Below are positions 36,866 through 48,156 of a stretch of 64,000 nt of DNA, piece by piece. Within the stretch, counting starts at the first letter, position 1; every line of letters begins with the position of its first letter. The position numbers were made by a program, and so were the translations under genes. Below the pieces are notes generated by a model, which made no database searches, was not told the origin of the DNA, and worked only from the letters and a program-made list of their open reading frames with translations. The DNA comes from a virus. The stretch is taken from positions 64,001-128,000 of IMG/VR virus record IMGVR_UViG_3300005274_000001; one strand, written 5' to 3'.

Positions 36866-38854
36866 ATGAAAACAAAGTTTGAGATATTAAACTTTTTAGA
36901 AAATACATTTTTAGCAATACAAAACAAAATCAATGCAATAAAACCTGGTAGTGTAATAAGGTCTATATTTTACTCTGTTGCTAGTGCAATTGAAGATGTT
37001 TATGCGCTAATAGACGAAGTAAAGCAAAATTCATACATACACACAGCCACAGGTGAATACTTAGACCAATTGATTTATGGATTTTCTAAACTTGAAAGGA
37101 TAAGAGGAAGAAGAGCCTTTGGTTATGTTGTTCTTAGTCCAATAGGTTTCAATTTTGATTCCATACAAAGTATAGATTTGTTGTCTAACACTATTTTTTC
37201 AAAATACGATGTAAAAAATAACCTAATTTTTTCTCCCCCACTTTCCGCTAAATTCAGCATTTCAACAGCATATGGGATTTTTAACTATCTTCTATTGCCT
37301 CCAATTAAATTATCTCTTCAATATGAGGACGATTTCTACTATGAGATAAATCCAAACACGGGAAAGCAAAGAATAGCTGAGATTTTTGCTGAAACCATAA
37401 AGGCAAACTTTCTTCAAAACCCAACAAAGAGGATAAAGTACATAGTTCTACCTATAATTTCGGAGGACTTTGGAAAAGAAAAAAATTTGCTACCCTCATC
37501 AATAGATGTTGTTTTACAATTTGGCACAGCAAAATTTTCTCTAAGCAACAATTTTGAGTACACGCTTTTGACAGATGAAACTTTTGTTGATTTAGATTCG
37601 GTATCTTCTTATGAAGACACCCTTCTTATTCTAGGAGAATCCTCAGAAATCAAAGGAGGATCTTCAGAAGAAACAGACGAAGAATACAGAAACAGATATT
37701 GGAATTTCTTAAATTCTTTATCTAAGGGAACAATTTCCTCAATTGAAAACGCCCTCTCTCAAATAATACAAGGTGCAAAAGTAAAGGCTATTAGTTCTCC
37801 CAACCCCGGAGTAATAGATGTTTACATTTATTCAGACACTCAAACAATAAGCAATTCACTTGTTTTACTCTCTCAAGAAATTGTAGACGAAGTTAAGCCT
37901 GCTGGTTCTATAATAAACATAAGATTTCCAAAGACTGTTTACATAAACCTTCTTGTTGATAGCAAACAGTCTATCACAAAAAACGATATTGAAAGTATTA
38001 GACTAAAATTCAGAGATTCATTCTCTGAGTTAAATATTGGCGATTCCTTCTCCTATGAGAAATTTTGGGAGTTTTTAAGTGGTCAAAACTCTTCGTTTGC
38101 TAATCCAATGTTTGGTTTATCTTTAAATCGTGAACTTTTTGAGCTGTATAAAGATAGCATCAAAAAGTTTGTCTGTTTAAACTACTACGAAAGCCACACA
38201 TATTTCACAACACTACCTGACTTTTGCAATGGAACTTCTGAATTTACTTATAGTGATTATTTAAACATCGTTTCAGAAGGAAAAATAGCTCTATATATCT
38301 ACGACAAAAACATAAACTACAAATCGTATATAACTAACAACAGTTATTCTTCTAACCTAAACATACAGGCTCCTAGATACCCTCTAAAAAAAGTTATTTC
38401 TAGAGTCCTTAGTGGAGAAGAAATTCTTCATCCAAGTATAAGAAATGCAATAAAAGCTAGATGTAAAAACATATCTGCAGACATTTGTTTGAAAGAAATA
38501 TCTAGAAATGGCGACTTAGATGCATCTGGAGTGCAAAGTAGAATAGCTATACCCATTTTTGATTTGGACGAAATTTACGCAAACTACTTTAAGATAAAAC
38601 TCATGACACTACCTGTAAGGTCAACAAACGATATAGAGTTGTGCGAAAACAAAATATCTGATTACGGATATTGTTCTAGCAATTCTTACGAATTCAAGAT
38701 TTTGTATTTCTTACTAAACGATGTGCAATACATAGAATACAAAGACTTGGACGAAATACAATATTCAGATAGTCTTATTCGTTTACAAACATCTAGCCAA
38801 CTTAATAAAGACTTTATAGCAAAGTATAATGTAGCTGTAAGGAGTGAGCAATGA
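36866..38854 (+). CDS. Baseplate J-like wedge protein
   Basis: PGSVIRSI, TATGEYLD, GGSSEETDEEYRNR, PGVIDVYI, VKPAG. Confidence 0.85.
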   Translation: MKTKFEILNFLENTFLAIQNKINAIKPGSVIRSIFYSVASAIEDVYALIDEVKQNSYIHTATGEYLDQLIYGFSKLERIRGRRAFGYVVLSPIGFNFDSIQSIDLLSNTIFSKYDVKNNLIFSPPLSAKFSISTAYGIFNYLLLPPIKLSLQYEDDFYYEINPNTGKQRIAEIFAETIKANFLQNPTKRIKYIVLPIISEDFGKEKNLLPSSIDVVLQFGTAKFSLSNNFEYTLLTDETFVDLDSVSSYEDTLLILGESSEIKGGSSEETDEEYRNRYWNFLNSLSKGTISSIENALSQIIQGAKVKAISSPNPGVIDVYIYSDTQTISNSLVLLSQEIVDEVKPAGSIINIRFPKTVYINLLVDSKQSITKNDIESIRLKFRDSFSELNIGDSFSYEKFWEFLSGQNSSFANPMFGLSLNRELFELYKDSIKKFVCLNYYESHTYFTTLPDFCNGTSEFTYSDYLNIVSEGKIALYIYDKNINYKSYITNNSYSSNLNIQAPRYPLKKVISRVLSGEEILHPSIRNAIKARCKNISADICLKEISRNGDLDASGVQSRIAIPIFDLDEIYANYFKIKLMTLPVRSTNDIELCENKISDYGYCSSNSYEFKILYFLLNDVQYIEYKDLDEIQYSDSLIRLQTSSQLNKDFIAKYNVAVRSEQ

Positions 38855-40746
38855 AGAAGTTTAAACCTAGCTTCGCAAAGTTTATAAGATTTTCTGACTT
38901 AAGTTCTTTAAGTGAAGAGAACACATCCTTCATATTGAAGCTAATAAGCAACACTTTTGGCAAAGGATATTATTCTGAAAAAGACATAAATCAGGTTGTT
39001 TCTTTTGATGTTCAAACTATAGGAACTACAGAATATTTGAATTTTAGAATAAAATCAGGTGAAACTTTTACCTTTTTAGACGACAACGGTTTTTCTGAGT
39101 CGGTTGGTGGAGATTTAAATTTTTACAGCATAATTTTTGACGAAAAAAATCCTCTAAACGGTTCTACTGAAAATCCTGTTAGAATTCCTTATGGTTCGTT
39201 TCCAGTAAATACTGTTATTGGTTACAGCAAAGAAAACATACCTGTTCTTTATGTAAATGGTACTCCTCAATTTAGTAGTGATTTTTCAATTTCCAAAGAT
39301 TCTGAATACTCAAAAATAAGCTTCTCTAGAATTCGTGGCGGTTATATTTATCCATTACCAAAGGATAAAAATGGAAAGTTTAATACAAAGGTTGTTACAG
39401 GTACAACATTCTTAGAATTTAAACAAGACTTTTGTGATGATAATTTAAACTGCTACCTAGATTTTGGATTTTTAAATACTGTAAGCACGAATAAATATCT
39501 TGTATTAAAGGTTTCGTCTTTAGGGCTAGAAACATATTACCATATACCCAAAAATCTTCCAATTTATAACAATGGATTATATTACTTAACTTCTGCAGAC
39601 AAGCCAAATGTTGTCATTATAAACTTTTCTGAGTTCACTTTAAACGACAGCGATAATGTAGAATTCTATTTCATAGAAAATGCTCCACCAACAATAACAA
39701 CAGTAAGTGAAACTTTCATAAACCAGTACAACTTGAATGTAGAAAATCTTCTTGTAGATACAAACTCTTCTGCAATTGTTTTAGCATTAGACGAACAAAA
39801 TGGAACTTTTATAAACTTATCTAATCTAAACGCACAACTCGCAACAAATATTTACACAATAAACACATCTTATGGAAAAATACAAGTGAATACTTCTTAC
39901 CTACCTAGTCCTCAAAGCAAAGTTTTCGTAATTAACTACTACTACTCGCCTCCAATAAAGGTTTATCCGAACATAGATTATTTAAACAACATATCGTTCT
40001 ACGGAACATTTGGAAGTTCAATACCAGTAAACTCAAAACCAAAAACAGTTTTCATTTACGCCAAAAACACACATGTCCCCTTCTACGGAACAACATATTA
40101 TGATTCTTCTTCAAACATAATCTCCGAACCTTATGTATATGAGATAATGCCATACTTTTTGCTTTCAGAAACAACAATAAGTGATCCGCAATATACCTAC
40201 ATTGGATCTGTAACCTTAAACACAGGAAATAGCACAAACTTTTCACCATCTAGTGATATACAAGTTCCTTACCAAAACCTAATAAATTTAGCTCAACAAA
40301 TTAATCCTCCTCCAAAATGGAGAACAATAAACATAAACAGGTCAGAATTTTCTTCTGGTACAAATACGACAATTAATATTCCGATATTACCTGTTTTAAC
40401 AGAAAATAATAGAGTAACTTCAATAAAAGCTATACATTTAAAATTAAGAGTTTATGTATATGACATAAATGATGGTCAAGTCGATATACCTTTTGATTTA
40501 AAGCTTTCTCTTAGAGATGGAATCACGATAAAGAACACAGTAACTTTGGGCTCCTCTTTGTCAACCTCTACTTCTCAAGTGTATCAATATGGAAACAGCA
40601 ACCTGTTTAGTCAAACAAGTCTAATGTCTTACAACTTTGATTCAAACAACGATGTGGCTCCAATTTACTATTTGGAATTTTCTGCTTCTTCAACAAATTA
40701 TTTTGTAGTTTTTGATTACGCAATTATCTACTTTGAGATATACTAA
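38851..40746 (+). CDS. Virion structural protein (baseplate/tail region)
   Basis: 631 aa, S/T/N-rich beta-type composition, coupled to baseplate J. Confidence 0.6.
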   Translation: MKKFKPSFAKFIRFSDLSSLSEENTSFILKLISNTFGKGYYSEKDINQVVSFDVQTIGTTEYLNFRIKSGETFTFLDDNGFSESVGGDLNFYSIIFDEKNPLNGSTENPVRIPYGSFPVNTVIGYSKENIPVLYVNGTPQFSSDFSISKDSEYSKISFSRIRGGYIYPLPKDKNGKFNTKVVTGTTFLEFKQDFCDDNLNCYLDFGFLNTVSTNKYLVLKVSSLGLETYYHIPKNLPIYNNGLYYLTSADKPNVVIINFSEFTLNDSDNVEFYFIENAPPTITTVSETFINQYNLNVENLLVDTNSSAIVLALDEQNGTFINLSNLNAQLATNIYTINTSYGKIQVNTSYLPSPQSKVFVINYYYSPPIKVYPNIDYLNNISFYGTFGSSIPVNSKPKTVFIYAKNTHVPFYGTTYYDSSSNIISEPYVYEIMPYFLLSETTISDPQYTYIGSVTLNTGNSTNFSPSSDIQVPYQNLINLAQQINPPPKWRTININRSEFSSGTNTTINIPILPVLTENNRVTSIKAIHLKLRVYVYDINDGQVDIPFDLKLSLRDGITIKNTVTLGSSLSTSTSQVYQYGNSNLFSQTSLMSYNFDSNNDVAPIYYLEFSASSTNYFVVFDYAIIYFEIY

Positions 40747-40756
40747 AAAATAGACT

Positions 40757-43147
40757 ATGGCTATAGAGCATTTAAAACAAGTAGAAGTTTATACCTCCGA
40801 AACAACGAATGATTCTGTAGATTTAACCACTTTTTCTCCTTTAAACATACAAGACGATTTAAATGTAATAAGAACGATATTAAAAAATGTTATTGGCGGA
40901 ACAAACTTTAAAGATATTGCAAATATCTATACATTAAAAAATCTATACACTTGGAGAAACACGCACTTTACTTCTTCGGGATTAAAAGCAACATCTATAG
41001 ATGTTAGTGTTGTCGCTGATGTAGATAATTTCAGCTTTGTTTTATCTAATAACTCGTATTGGCAAAAACTAAAAAGTTTTTCTCAACAATATTTAAATAC
41101 ACAAAACAAAGTTCTTTGGTCTGGTATAGCTTATACGACTACTGAGCTTAACAATGCTATAAGTACCTTACCAGTTATTACCTCTCTTCAAACAAATGTT
41201 AACAATCTACAAACATCCATCAATTCTATTCAAACTAATCAATCTATTTTCTTTCAAGAAATTTATGGAACAGTAGTTTCCTCTTCCTCTGGAAACCAGC
41301 CAATTTTGGATAGATTGTCTAATTTAGAAGCTAAAGTTAGTAACCTTGAAGTTGTTTCTGACTATGGTAATTATATAAATGTAATAAGCACAGAAATTTA
41401 TGGCTACTCTCCTCCTCCCTCCTCTCCAGTAGGAACAGATTCAATACTTACAAGACTTAATACAGTTGAAAGCGATATAAATTCTCTACAAAATAACATT
41501 GGTCAAATTCCTCAAATTCAATCCGACTTGCAAAGCTTACAGAACAAAGTAGGATATTTTGACTATAACGATTATTTAAATACTATTAGCGAAATAAACA
41601 CAAATATAAACTTTTTAAGTTTTGTTTCTCAATTTGGAGTTAAAGAGAAATTATTCCTAGACATAGGAAAACTAAAGGTATTGGACCTAGATAAAACAAT
41701 AAGAAACTTCATTGAGTTGCAACCTGCTCCCGACATTGTAAACCTTTTAAATTCGCTAAAAGAAAACAACATAGGAGAAGTGTTTCTTTTATACAGGTAT
41801 ATAAATCTAGTTAACTCTTCAAACATTACACTAATTGAAAAAATAAAAGAGATTCTTAACACCCTGTCTTATTCTAATAGCCTAGATAAACTCCCTAAAC
41901 TAACTGTTCTAATCGTGCTAAACAGCTCTACCATATTAGATGAAACTGTTCTCTACTCTCAATTACCCCAACTTGTTGCCAAACTTCTTCCTTATGTTGA
42001 TGTTGCTCTTCAAATAGAAGAAAGTTTCAATGTTTGGACGGATTCAACATATTCTTCCACAACAACCGTTTCTTTAGAGGAAATTATTAATCAAATAGAA
42101 AACACAATAAAGTACATTTACGAACAAGAAAAACCAGTAAAGGTGTTTACAAACAATCCCAAGTTAGTTTTATCTAGGTTTGGAATGTATAACTTAGAAG
42201 TCTTCTCTCCAGTACAATTTTATTGGCCGCATTCCATAAATGGTTTCAATGTAAAAATTGATAAAGTTGGCCTATTTGACAACGCCTTTGATGTGAGTTA
42301 CTTCTGTACACTATTTCCTCCAAACGCATCAAACCCATCTTCCGATAACATCTCTTGTGATTTAATTTCTAGTCCAACTTTCCAAGGAGTTACATTTGAT
42401 CTGTCATTTGATACAAATACAAATGACTACACTTCTCCATCAGATGTTCAAAAGCTTTTCTCTGCTATATCAGAGAATATAAAAGTAGAAATTCTTACAA
42501 ACTATCAGTCTTCTTATACAGTTTTTTCTCCACTTTCAATAGATGTTTCTGACCCCTCAAACATTCAGCTTCAATTTTCAAGCGTAAAATCTGGTTTTTT
42601 TAAATTTTATAGAAAGCTGAAACTATTTAACAAGGGTATAAACAACTTCCCAGCAACAGAATCTGATAGACATACAGCAATAGATGAATTTTATGATTAT
42701 TACTTACTAGACACAATAAATTCTTCTGCTATAATCTACGAATCAGGGATAAAAGATGCATTGATTTTTGCTACATCTTTAGGAGAGAATTTTGAAATAG
42801 AACTATTTATTAATGGTTATGATATTTACAATCAATCGTACAACTACATATTAAAGCTTTCCTATGATGCATCTACGGGAGATTTAGCTGGATACGACAG
42901 TTCAAATAACGCAATAACTGGGTTTTCTAAGAACATAGGTACTAGCGGTTTAGGTATTTTTAAGGTGTTTCTTATAAACAACGGTACAGATTTAGATATT
43001 TATTTGGGAAGTATATCTGATATTACACCTCCAGAATCCCCCAAATACACAATAACAAACATGAATTTTGATGGATCAATCAATATTATTTTGAACTTTA
43101 CAGGAACTACAAACCTGAAAATAAAAGTTCTATCAAACGATGTATAA
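40757..43147 (+). CDS. Virion fibre/whisker-like protein with segmented coiled coils
   Basis: Heptad segments, repeated EIYG...IL-RL-x-x-E units. Confidence 0.55.
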   Translation: MAIEHLKQVEVYTSETTNDSVDLTTFSPLNIQDDLNVIRTILKNVIGGTNFKDIANIYTLKNLYTWRNTHFTSSGLKATSIDVSVVADVDNFSFVLSNNSYWQKLKSFSQQYLNTQNKVLWSGIAYTTTELNNAISTLPVITSLQTNVNNLQTSINSIQTNQSIFFQEIYGTVVSSSSGNQPILDRLSNLEAKVSNLEVVSDYGNYINVISTEIYGYSPPPSSPVGTDSILTRLNTVESDINSLQNNIGQIPQIQSDLQSLQNKVGYFDYNDYLNTISEINTNINFLSFVSQFGVKEKLFLDIGKLKVLDLDKTIRNFIELQPAPDIVNLLNSLKENNIGEVFLLYRYINLVNSSNITLIEKIKEILNTLSYSNSLDKLPKLTVLIVLNSSTILDETVLYSQLPQLVAKLLPYVDVALQIEESFNVWTDSTYSSTTTVSLEEIINQIENTIKYIYEQEKPVKVFTNNPKLVLSRFGMYNLEVFSPVQFYWPHSINGFNVKIDKVGLFDNAFDVSYFCTLFPPNASNPSSDNISCDLISSPTFQGVTFDLSFDTNTNDYTSPSDVQKLFSAISENIKVEILTNYQSSYTVFSPLSIDVSDPSNIQLQFSSVKSGFFKFYRKLKLFNKGINNFPATESDRHTAIDEFYDYYLLDTINSSAIIYESGIKDALIFATSLGENFEIELFINGYDIYNQSYNYILKLSYDASTGDLAGYDSSNNAITGFSKNIGTSGLGIFKVFLINNGTDLDIYLGSISDITPPESPKYTITNMNFDGSINIILNFTGTTNLKIKVLSNDV

Positions 43148-44162
43148 GCTAAAGATAAACACCCAACTAGGAACTTTTGAGGGAGTAGACACGAAAGAAG
43201 TTCATTTGCCAATTTTTAGCATAATTGATGAAGATAATCCTTATCAAGAACTTGAACTTTTGATTGAAACTACTGAGCCACAAAGTTTAGATTATATATA
43301 TCCGAATACATCGTTATTAATGTTCAATATTTCTCCTTCCATAACTTTGGAAAATGACTTCTCCCCATTAACATTAGAAGTTTCAATCCAAAACTCAGAA
43401 AACCTTCTCGTTATTAACGACAAAAGAGCGTTTGATGGATATAGTGTTGTTGGAGTAATCTTTTCATCTGATTACGATTTAATTGTAAACTTTGAAAATT
43501 CCGACATTTTACGAAGAAAGTTTATTCTTGTTCCTTATAAGTTGGGCGCAAATAGTTCATACTCAATAAAAATGAAAATTTATAGAAGCACAGAAGAAGC
43601 CCAGTCATCGCTAATAAGAAATAAATTCTACGGGTACGAAAAGATATTGTATGATTTTTCAAAGTCTTATTCTGGTGCTTTAGAAACAATAAATAATGTT
43701 TCCTTGTCAAAGTTTTATGAAACTTACGGAAGAGAACGAAGCTTCTTAGCAATAGACAAAAATGCTTTGATTAACGAAGTTTTCTATCCAAAAGATTTTC
43801 TATATATAAACCTCGCAACAAACTCTATTATGGTTCTTGATGATGGATCTTTAGATTCGTTTATTTTAAACTACGAAAAAAACTTTTTATCAGATTATAG
43901 GATAGAAGTAAATACAACTTCGAAATTTCCTTATTTAAAGTTCATCAACACACTAAATACGCTAGTTGGAACCTACGAAAACACATCAATTAATACAGAA
44001 AACTATTTAAAAGAAGTTTCGAACCTAGTATTTGCTGAAATGTTAAAACCTTATATTGCAAATTCAGGCTTCTTTCCAATAAATACTTCACAAAACATAA
44101 AAGCGCTATCTAGCTTTTTTAGAGAGAATTCTTCAACACTTGGCTACACTTTCTACAGTTAG
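43140..44162 (+). CDS. Virion protein; possibly N-terminal part of a frameshifted gene 43140-45252
   Basis: 340-aa ORF; see T6 shift finding. Confidence 0.65.
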   Translation: MYKLKINTQLGTFEGVDTKEVHLPIFSIIDEDNPYQELELLIETTEPQSLDYIYPNTSLLMFNISPSITLENDFSPLTLEVSIQNSENLLVINDKRAFDGYSVVGVIFSSDYDLIVNFENSDILRRKFILVPYKLGANSSYSIKMKIYRSTEEAQSSLIRNKFYGYEKILYDFSKSYSGALETINNVSLSKFYETYGRERSFLAIDKNALINEVFYPKDFLYINLATNSIMVLDDGSLDSFILNYEKNFLSDYRIEVNTTSKFPYLKFINTLNTLVGTYENTSINTENYLKEVSNLVFAEMLKPYIANSGFFPINTSQNIKALSSFFRENSSTLGYTFYS

Positions 44163-45252
44163 AGAAACTATAGTAAACTATACAACCTTCTCTGGAAACT
44201 TACTATCAGAAGAAAGACAAAAACTTTGGTTCTCAATTTTCTACTTAGAATCAATTTTCTTTGTAGATTTTGTAAATTCGCTTTTGCAAAAGGGTTACAT
44301 AAGTTCAATCCCTTCAGAAGTTTCGTCATTAAAAAATACTTTAGATTCCTACATTCAAACATTTTTAGATTTTTCATACTTTCTAAGTAGTCTAAGCATA
44401 GTTGAACAAGACTCTCTAGATATAGATTTCATATTATCCTTGTTCTTCGTGGTTTACTTATATCATTTATCTGGAAAAAACATCATTCCTTCTGGATCAT
44501 CGATAATTAAATATCTTGAAGTTTTTTACGACTATTATATAAAGCTTTCTGAACAGCTATTTTCTGTAAGAACTAACCTCAACCCAAACAAATTTATAAA
44601 TGATTCCACAGTTTCTATAAATACTGTGTCAAATAAAGCTATTTTATTGTCTTTGTATTCATCTTTATTCGGTAGAGAAGAGTTTTACATAGACCTGTTA
44701 AATAGACTAAGTGCCTACGGTGCAACTAATACAAATGTCGAAGAAGGTATAGAATACTACACAATTTCCATAGAGCTTTCTTCTTTATCCTCTGGAACAA
44801 GGCAAGCTTTATATAGTCAAAATACTGTTATTTTATATCCAGGAAGCGGAAATGATGAAAACTTTCATGGTAAAAATGTCGTCTTAGCTAACTCCTCTCT
44901 TAACGAATATTACATATTCTTGCCATTCTCTATATTTTCCACAGAAATAAAAGGAAACAAACTTATTTTAAAAGTTAGCAAAAGAAACTACATTGTTAAT
45001 GATGATAAAAAGTTGGTTCCAAGATTTCTTACGCTAGACCTTTCTGTAAACCTAATTAATCTATACACAAAGGTAAATGGGCTATTCATTGACAATAACT
45101 ACTTCATTTCTAGTGGAGGTAACAATCAAATTGATGCAATTGCAAACACATTCGTCTATGATTTCTTGAAGTTCTTACTTTCTGGAAACTTTAACAACAA
45201 AGTTTCTCAAAATACAACAAATATAAAAATTATTTTGACAAACACCTTTTGA
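44140..45252 (+). CDS. Virion protein; possibly C-terminal part of 43140-45252
   Basis: TTG start without SD; frame open back to 44101. Confidence 0.6.
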   Translation: MATLSTVRETIVNYTTFSGNLLSEERQKLWFSIFYLESIFFVDFVNSLLQKGYISSIPSEVSSLKNTLDSYIQTFLDFSYFLSSLSIVEQDSLDIDFILSLFFVVYLYHLSGKNIIPSGSSIIKYLEVFYDYYIKLSEQLFSVRTNLNPNKFINDSTVSINTVSNKAILLSLYSSLFGREEFYIDLLNRLSAYGATNTNVEEGIEYYTISIELSSLSSGTRQALYSQNTVILYPGSGNDENFHGKNVVLANSSLNEYYIFLPFSIFSTEIKGNKLILKVSKRNYIVNDDKKLVPRFLTLDLSVNLINLYTKVNGLFIDNNYFISSGGNNQIDAIANTFVYDFLKFLLSGNFNNKVSQNTTNIKIILTNTF

Positions 45253-45275
45253 AAAAGTTATACTAAAATGTAGCT

Positions 45276-46175
45276 ATGGCCGAAAGAACTTTTAAGCTAC
45301 ATTATCCACAAAATACGCTAATCGATCCAATGGGATCAATAATTATCAATGTCAATACAACAGCAAACCCTCAGTTTGAATGGGCCTACATAAATTCTTT
45401 AAATGGAGTTGGACCAGTTGATCCGTCAAAAGAGGTCAACATTTCTCTACTAGGTTTTAAAGACACAACATCTTACAAAATAAGGTACCTAGAGAACATT
45501 ACAAGACACAATAACACTTTGTTGACTGTAGGATCAGCAGCTTGTTTAACTAGTCCTGACGCTGTTTCTTGTCAAGGATATGGACCATATATAGTTTTTG
45601 GTAAAAGATACTACATAGACTTTATTGTTTTATACTTCGTAAACAGAAGCGTAGTACCCCAAGGAGGCAATGAGGCTGACTACTACTTATCTAGCCCGAT
45701 ATTTTCAGTAGATACTTCTAGGTGTACACCAGATTACGGAATTTTTATTGCTTCACCAAAACCTAAAACACCAACTAATAATTCCGATCCATATATAGAA
45801 GCAACAGCTGGTACTGGTGATAGAAAGATGTTTACTACGCTACCTTCTTATACTAACGAATTGGGATTCTTTAACCAAAACATAAAATACAGAATAACTG
45901 CTCTAAAAAGCGCAAATTCCAACGACTACATGGACGATGTTATACTAACTCCAGGAAATATTGTTCAGGCACTACAAAACACTATAAACTACGGCCAAAC
46001 TAGTATTGTATCTGTAAAAGATGACAACACGCCAATAGTATTAAAGCCTCAAGCTAGTAATACTTCTTCATTTAACCCTCAATCATTTTTGCCCTTCATC
46101 TTGTTTAGATACATAAGCGTAGATGCTCCAACAAGACGAGTATTTCTTTCTTTCTCTTTTGCTCCTAACGCATAG
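45276..46175 (+). CDS. Hypothetical virion protein, leaderless
   Basis: TAAAAT-N6-ATG. Confidence 0.75.
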   Translation: MAERTFKLHYPQNTLIDPMGSIIINVNTTANPQFEWAYINSLNGVGPVDPSKEVNISLLGFKDTTSYKIRYLENITRHNNTLLTVGSAACLTSPDAVSCQGYGPYIVFGKRYYIDFIVLYFVNRSVVPQGGNEADYYLSSPIFSVDTSRCTPDYGIFIASPKPKTPTNNSDPYIEATAGTGDRKMFTTLPSYTNELGFFNQNIKYRITALKSANSNDYMDDVILTPGNIVQALQNTINYGQTSIVSVKDDNTPIVLKPQASNTSSFNPQSFLPFILFRYISVDAPTRRVFLSFSFAPNA

Positions 46176-46180
46176 TAACT

Positions 46181-46531
46181 ATGAACACGATCTATATAGA
46201 CTTTATAAACAGATTTTTCCCCTCTATTGATTTTAGAGGTGCAGTAAATATACTTAATTCTGATTTTCCTGATGGAAATTTAGCAGTTTACAACATAATA
46301 AATAGAGAATACCCAACAATCAGAGATTGTAATAGGACTCCAACAATGATCTTTCATGGAAATAATGAACAAATAAATTTTAGAATTTCATACGGAATTG
46401 TTGTTTCTTCTACAAAAGAAATAAATGTTAGCGCAGAAGGAATGATTGACGATAAGCACTTAATAAAGAAGCTATTTGAAAATCTACCTAATTACTTCGC
46501 TTCTCTGGAGGAGCAAGAAGATGAAAATTAG
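46181..46531 (+). CDS. Hypothetical protein
   Basis: 116-aa ORF in operon. Confidence 0.7.
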   Translation: MNTIYIDFINRFFPSIDFRGAVNILNSDFPDGNLAVYNIINREYPTIRDCNRTPTMIFHGNNEQINFRISYGIVVSSTKEINVSAEGMIDDKHLIKKLFENLPNYFASLEEQEDEN

Positions 46532-47384
46532 CAATGTATTAATCGATAACAATAAAACATTTCCCATTGTGATTTCTCCAGAAGCAAACAATGTTGAAGA
46601 AATGAGTAACAAATACTATCTTTATGGATTGAACAAATATTTTGGTGTATTACCGATTTCTCTTTATAACGAAAAGGGGCTTATCTCACTATTTGAATTT
46701 CTTTCAAATACTTCGAAAACTTTAGTAGATTTAGCATATTCCTTGGACGAATTAGAAAACAAATACTTTAAAAGTTCCAAAATTACACAAGGAGTAATTG
46801 AGGAAACAAGGAGATTTTTTTATCCAGTATATAACGATGATGTTTTTTCTCTTAAACCAGAACTTTGGGACACGCTTTATAAGTTTTTATACATGTTTTA
46901 CAAATCTGTTTTGTATGATGGCCTAAGAATATACATGTCTTACACCCTTACAAAGGTAAACAAGTTTTTTTCGTTTTCAATATTAAAAACAGAGTGTTCT
47001 AGCAGTAGTGAAGTAGAGATTAAATCCTTCTTTGAAAAAATAAGAAGGGCTTTTTATAAAACCATAGCACCAGACACAAATGATGCTTTAAGAAGTTATC
47101 TTCTTTCTTTGACATCAGATGCTTTTTATATAGAAGATTCAATTTTGCCTAATAAAACAGCTGACTTAAACTTTTATGACGCTTATACAAGTGCATTAAG
47201 AGGAGCTACAATAAAACAGCTAAAGTTAGAAGAGCTTTATCAAAGCTTCAATCAAGAGTTTGATTCATTCTATAGAGGCAAGTTATCTGAAATTTTTTCT
47301 CAAAATAATATTTTTTACCAAGAACTTGTTAGTATTGTAGGAGGAAGTCTAGCAGATGAATACCTTAAGTTCCTCATCTCCTAA
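46521..47384 (+). CDS. Hypothetical protein
   Basis: ATG at 46521 with GGAGGAG SD. Confidence 0.75.
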   Translation: MKISNVLIDNNKTFPIVISPEANNVEEMSNKYYLYGLNKYFGVLPISLYNEKGLISLFEFLSNTSKTLVDLAYSLDELENKYFKSSKITQGVIEETRRFFYPVYNDDVFSLKPELWDTLYKFLYMFYKSVLYDGLRIYMSYTLTKVNKFFSFSILKTECSSSSEVEIKSFFEKIRRAFYKTIAPDTNDALRSYLLSLTSDAFYIEDSILPNKTADLNFYDAYTSALRGATIKQLKLEELYQSFNQEFDSFYRGKLSEIFSQNNIFYQELVSIVGGSLADEYLKFLIS

Positions 47385-48156
47385 GTTAGTATTTAGCCCT
47401 CCTATACCAGGCACTTCAAGGCCTGAGGAAAGGCAGTTGTCTTTCACCCCTGAACAAGTATCAATAAAAGAAAGAGCATCGCTAAAAGAATTTAACAATA
47501 CTAAGCTTGCTGCTAAAGATGTTACACAAGCTTTTATACTTTATTGGGAACCGTACTACACAAATGGTTTTATTAACATTCCTTACCGTGATGTATATGC
47601 GAAATTCTTAAGAGAGTATGGAAACAACATAGAGCCAGAAATAGTTTACAGATATCGTGGACTAGATGTTCTTTTAATGAATGAAACAGATTTTAACAAC
47701 TTTGAAAATAATGAAATAGCTGTATATTTACCAATTTCAGTTGGAAGATATTTGGTATTAGAAAAGTTTGAGCTTCCTAGGACAATAATAAGCGCACAAA
47801 AAGTTTCCCAAGAAGGAAAATTTGTTTCTGTGTTTACAGAAAACTTTCCTAGATTTTCAATGACATTAAAGGCTGTAATCTTTGGTAGTGTTCATATAAA
47901 GACAAAACAATTTTTCGATATTGTAATAAAACATATTTCAAACAATAAACCTGGTAGATTGATTCTTTATGATATATTTGGAAATGTAAAAGTATCTCAA
48001 GCTGACATCTTTCTAACTTTGCAATATAACAAAACACCTTTCTACCGTCTTCTACCAACAAATGTTTCTTACTCAAGAACTTCATCTGAAAACACATACT
48101 TAAACATAGAAATTACTGGTACAGTCTTAGAAATACACAATGAAAGATATGTTTAG
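47356..48156 (+). CDS. Hypothetical virion protein (possible tube-initiator/hub component)
   Basis: Context before the large hub-like gene; function inferred. Confidence 0.5.
   Translation: MNTLSSSSPKLVFSPPIPGTSRPEERQLSFTPEQVSIKERASLKEFNNTKLAAKDVTQAFILYWEPYYTNGFINIPYRDVYAKFLREYGNNIEPEIVYRYRGLDVLLMNETDFNNFENNEIAVYLPISVGRYLVLEKFELPRTIISAQKVSQEGKFVSVFTENFPRFSMTLKAVIFGSVHIKTKQFFDIVIKHISNNKPGRLILYDIFGNVKVSQADIFLTLQYNKTPFYRLLPTNVSYSRTSSENTYLNIEITGTVLEIHNERYV

Noticed and set aside
46476-46531. Frameshift fusion of 46181 and 46476 ORFs
   Set aside because: A strong GGAGGAG SD precedes ATG 46521, so independent initiation is sufficient.
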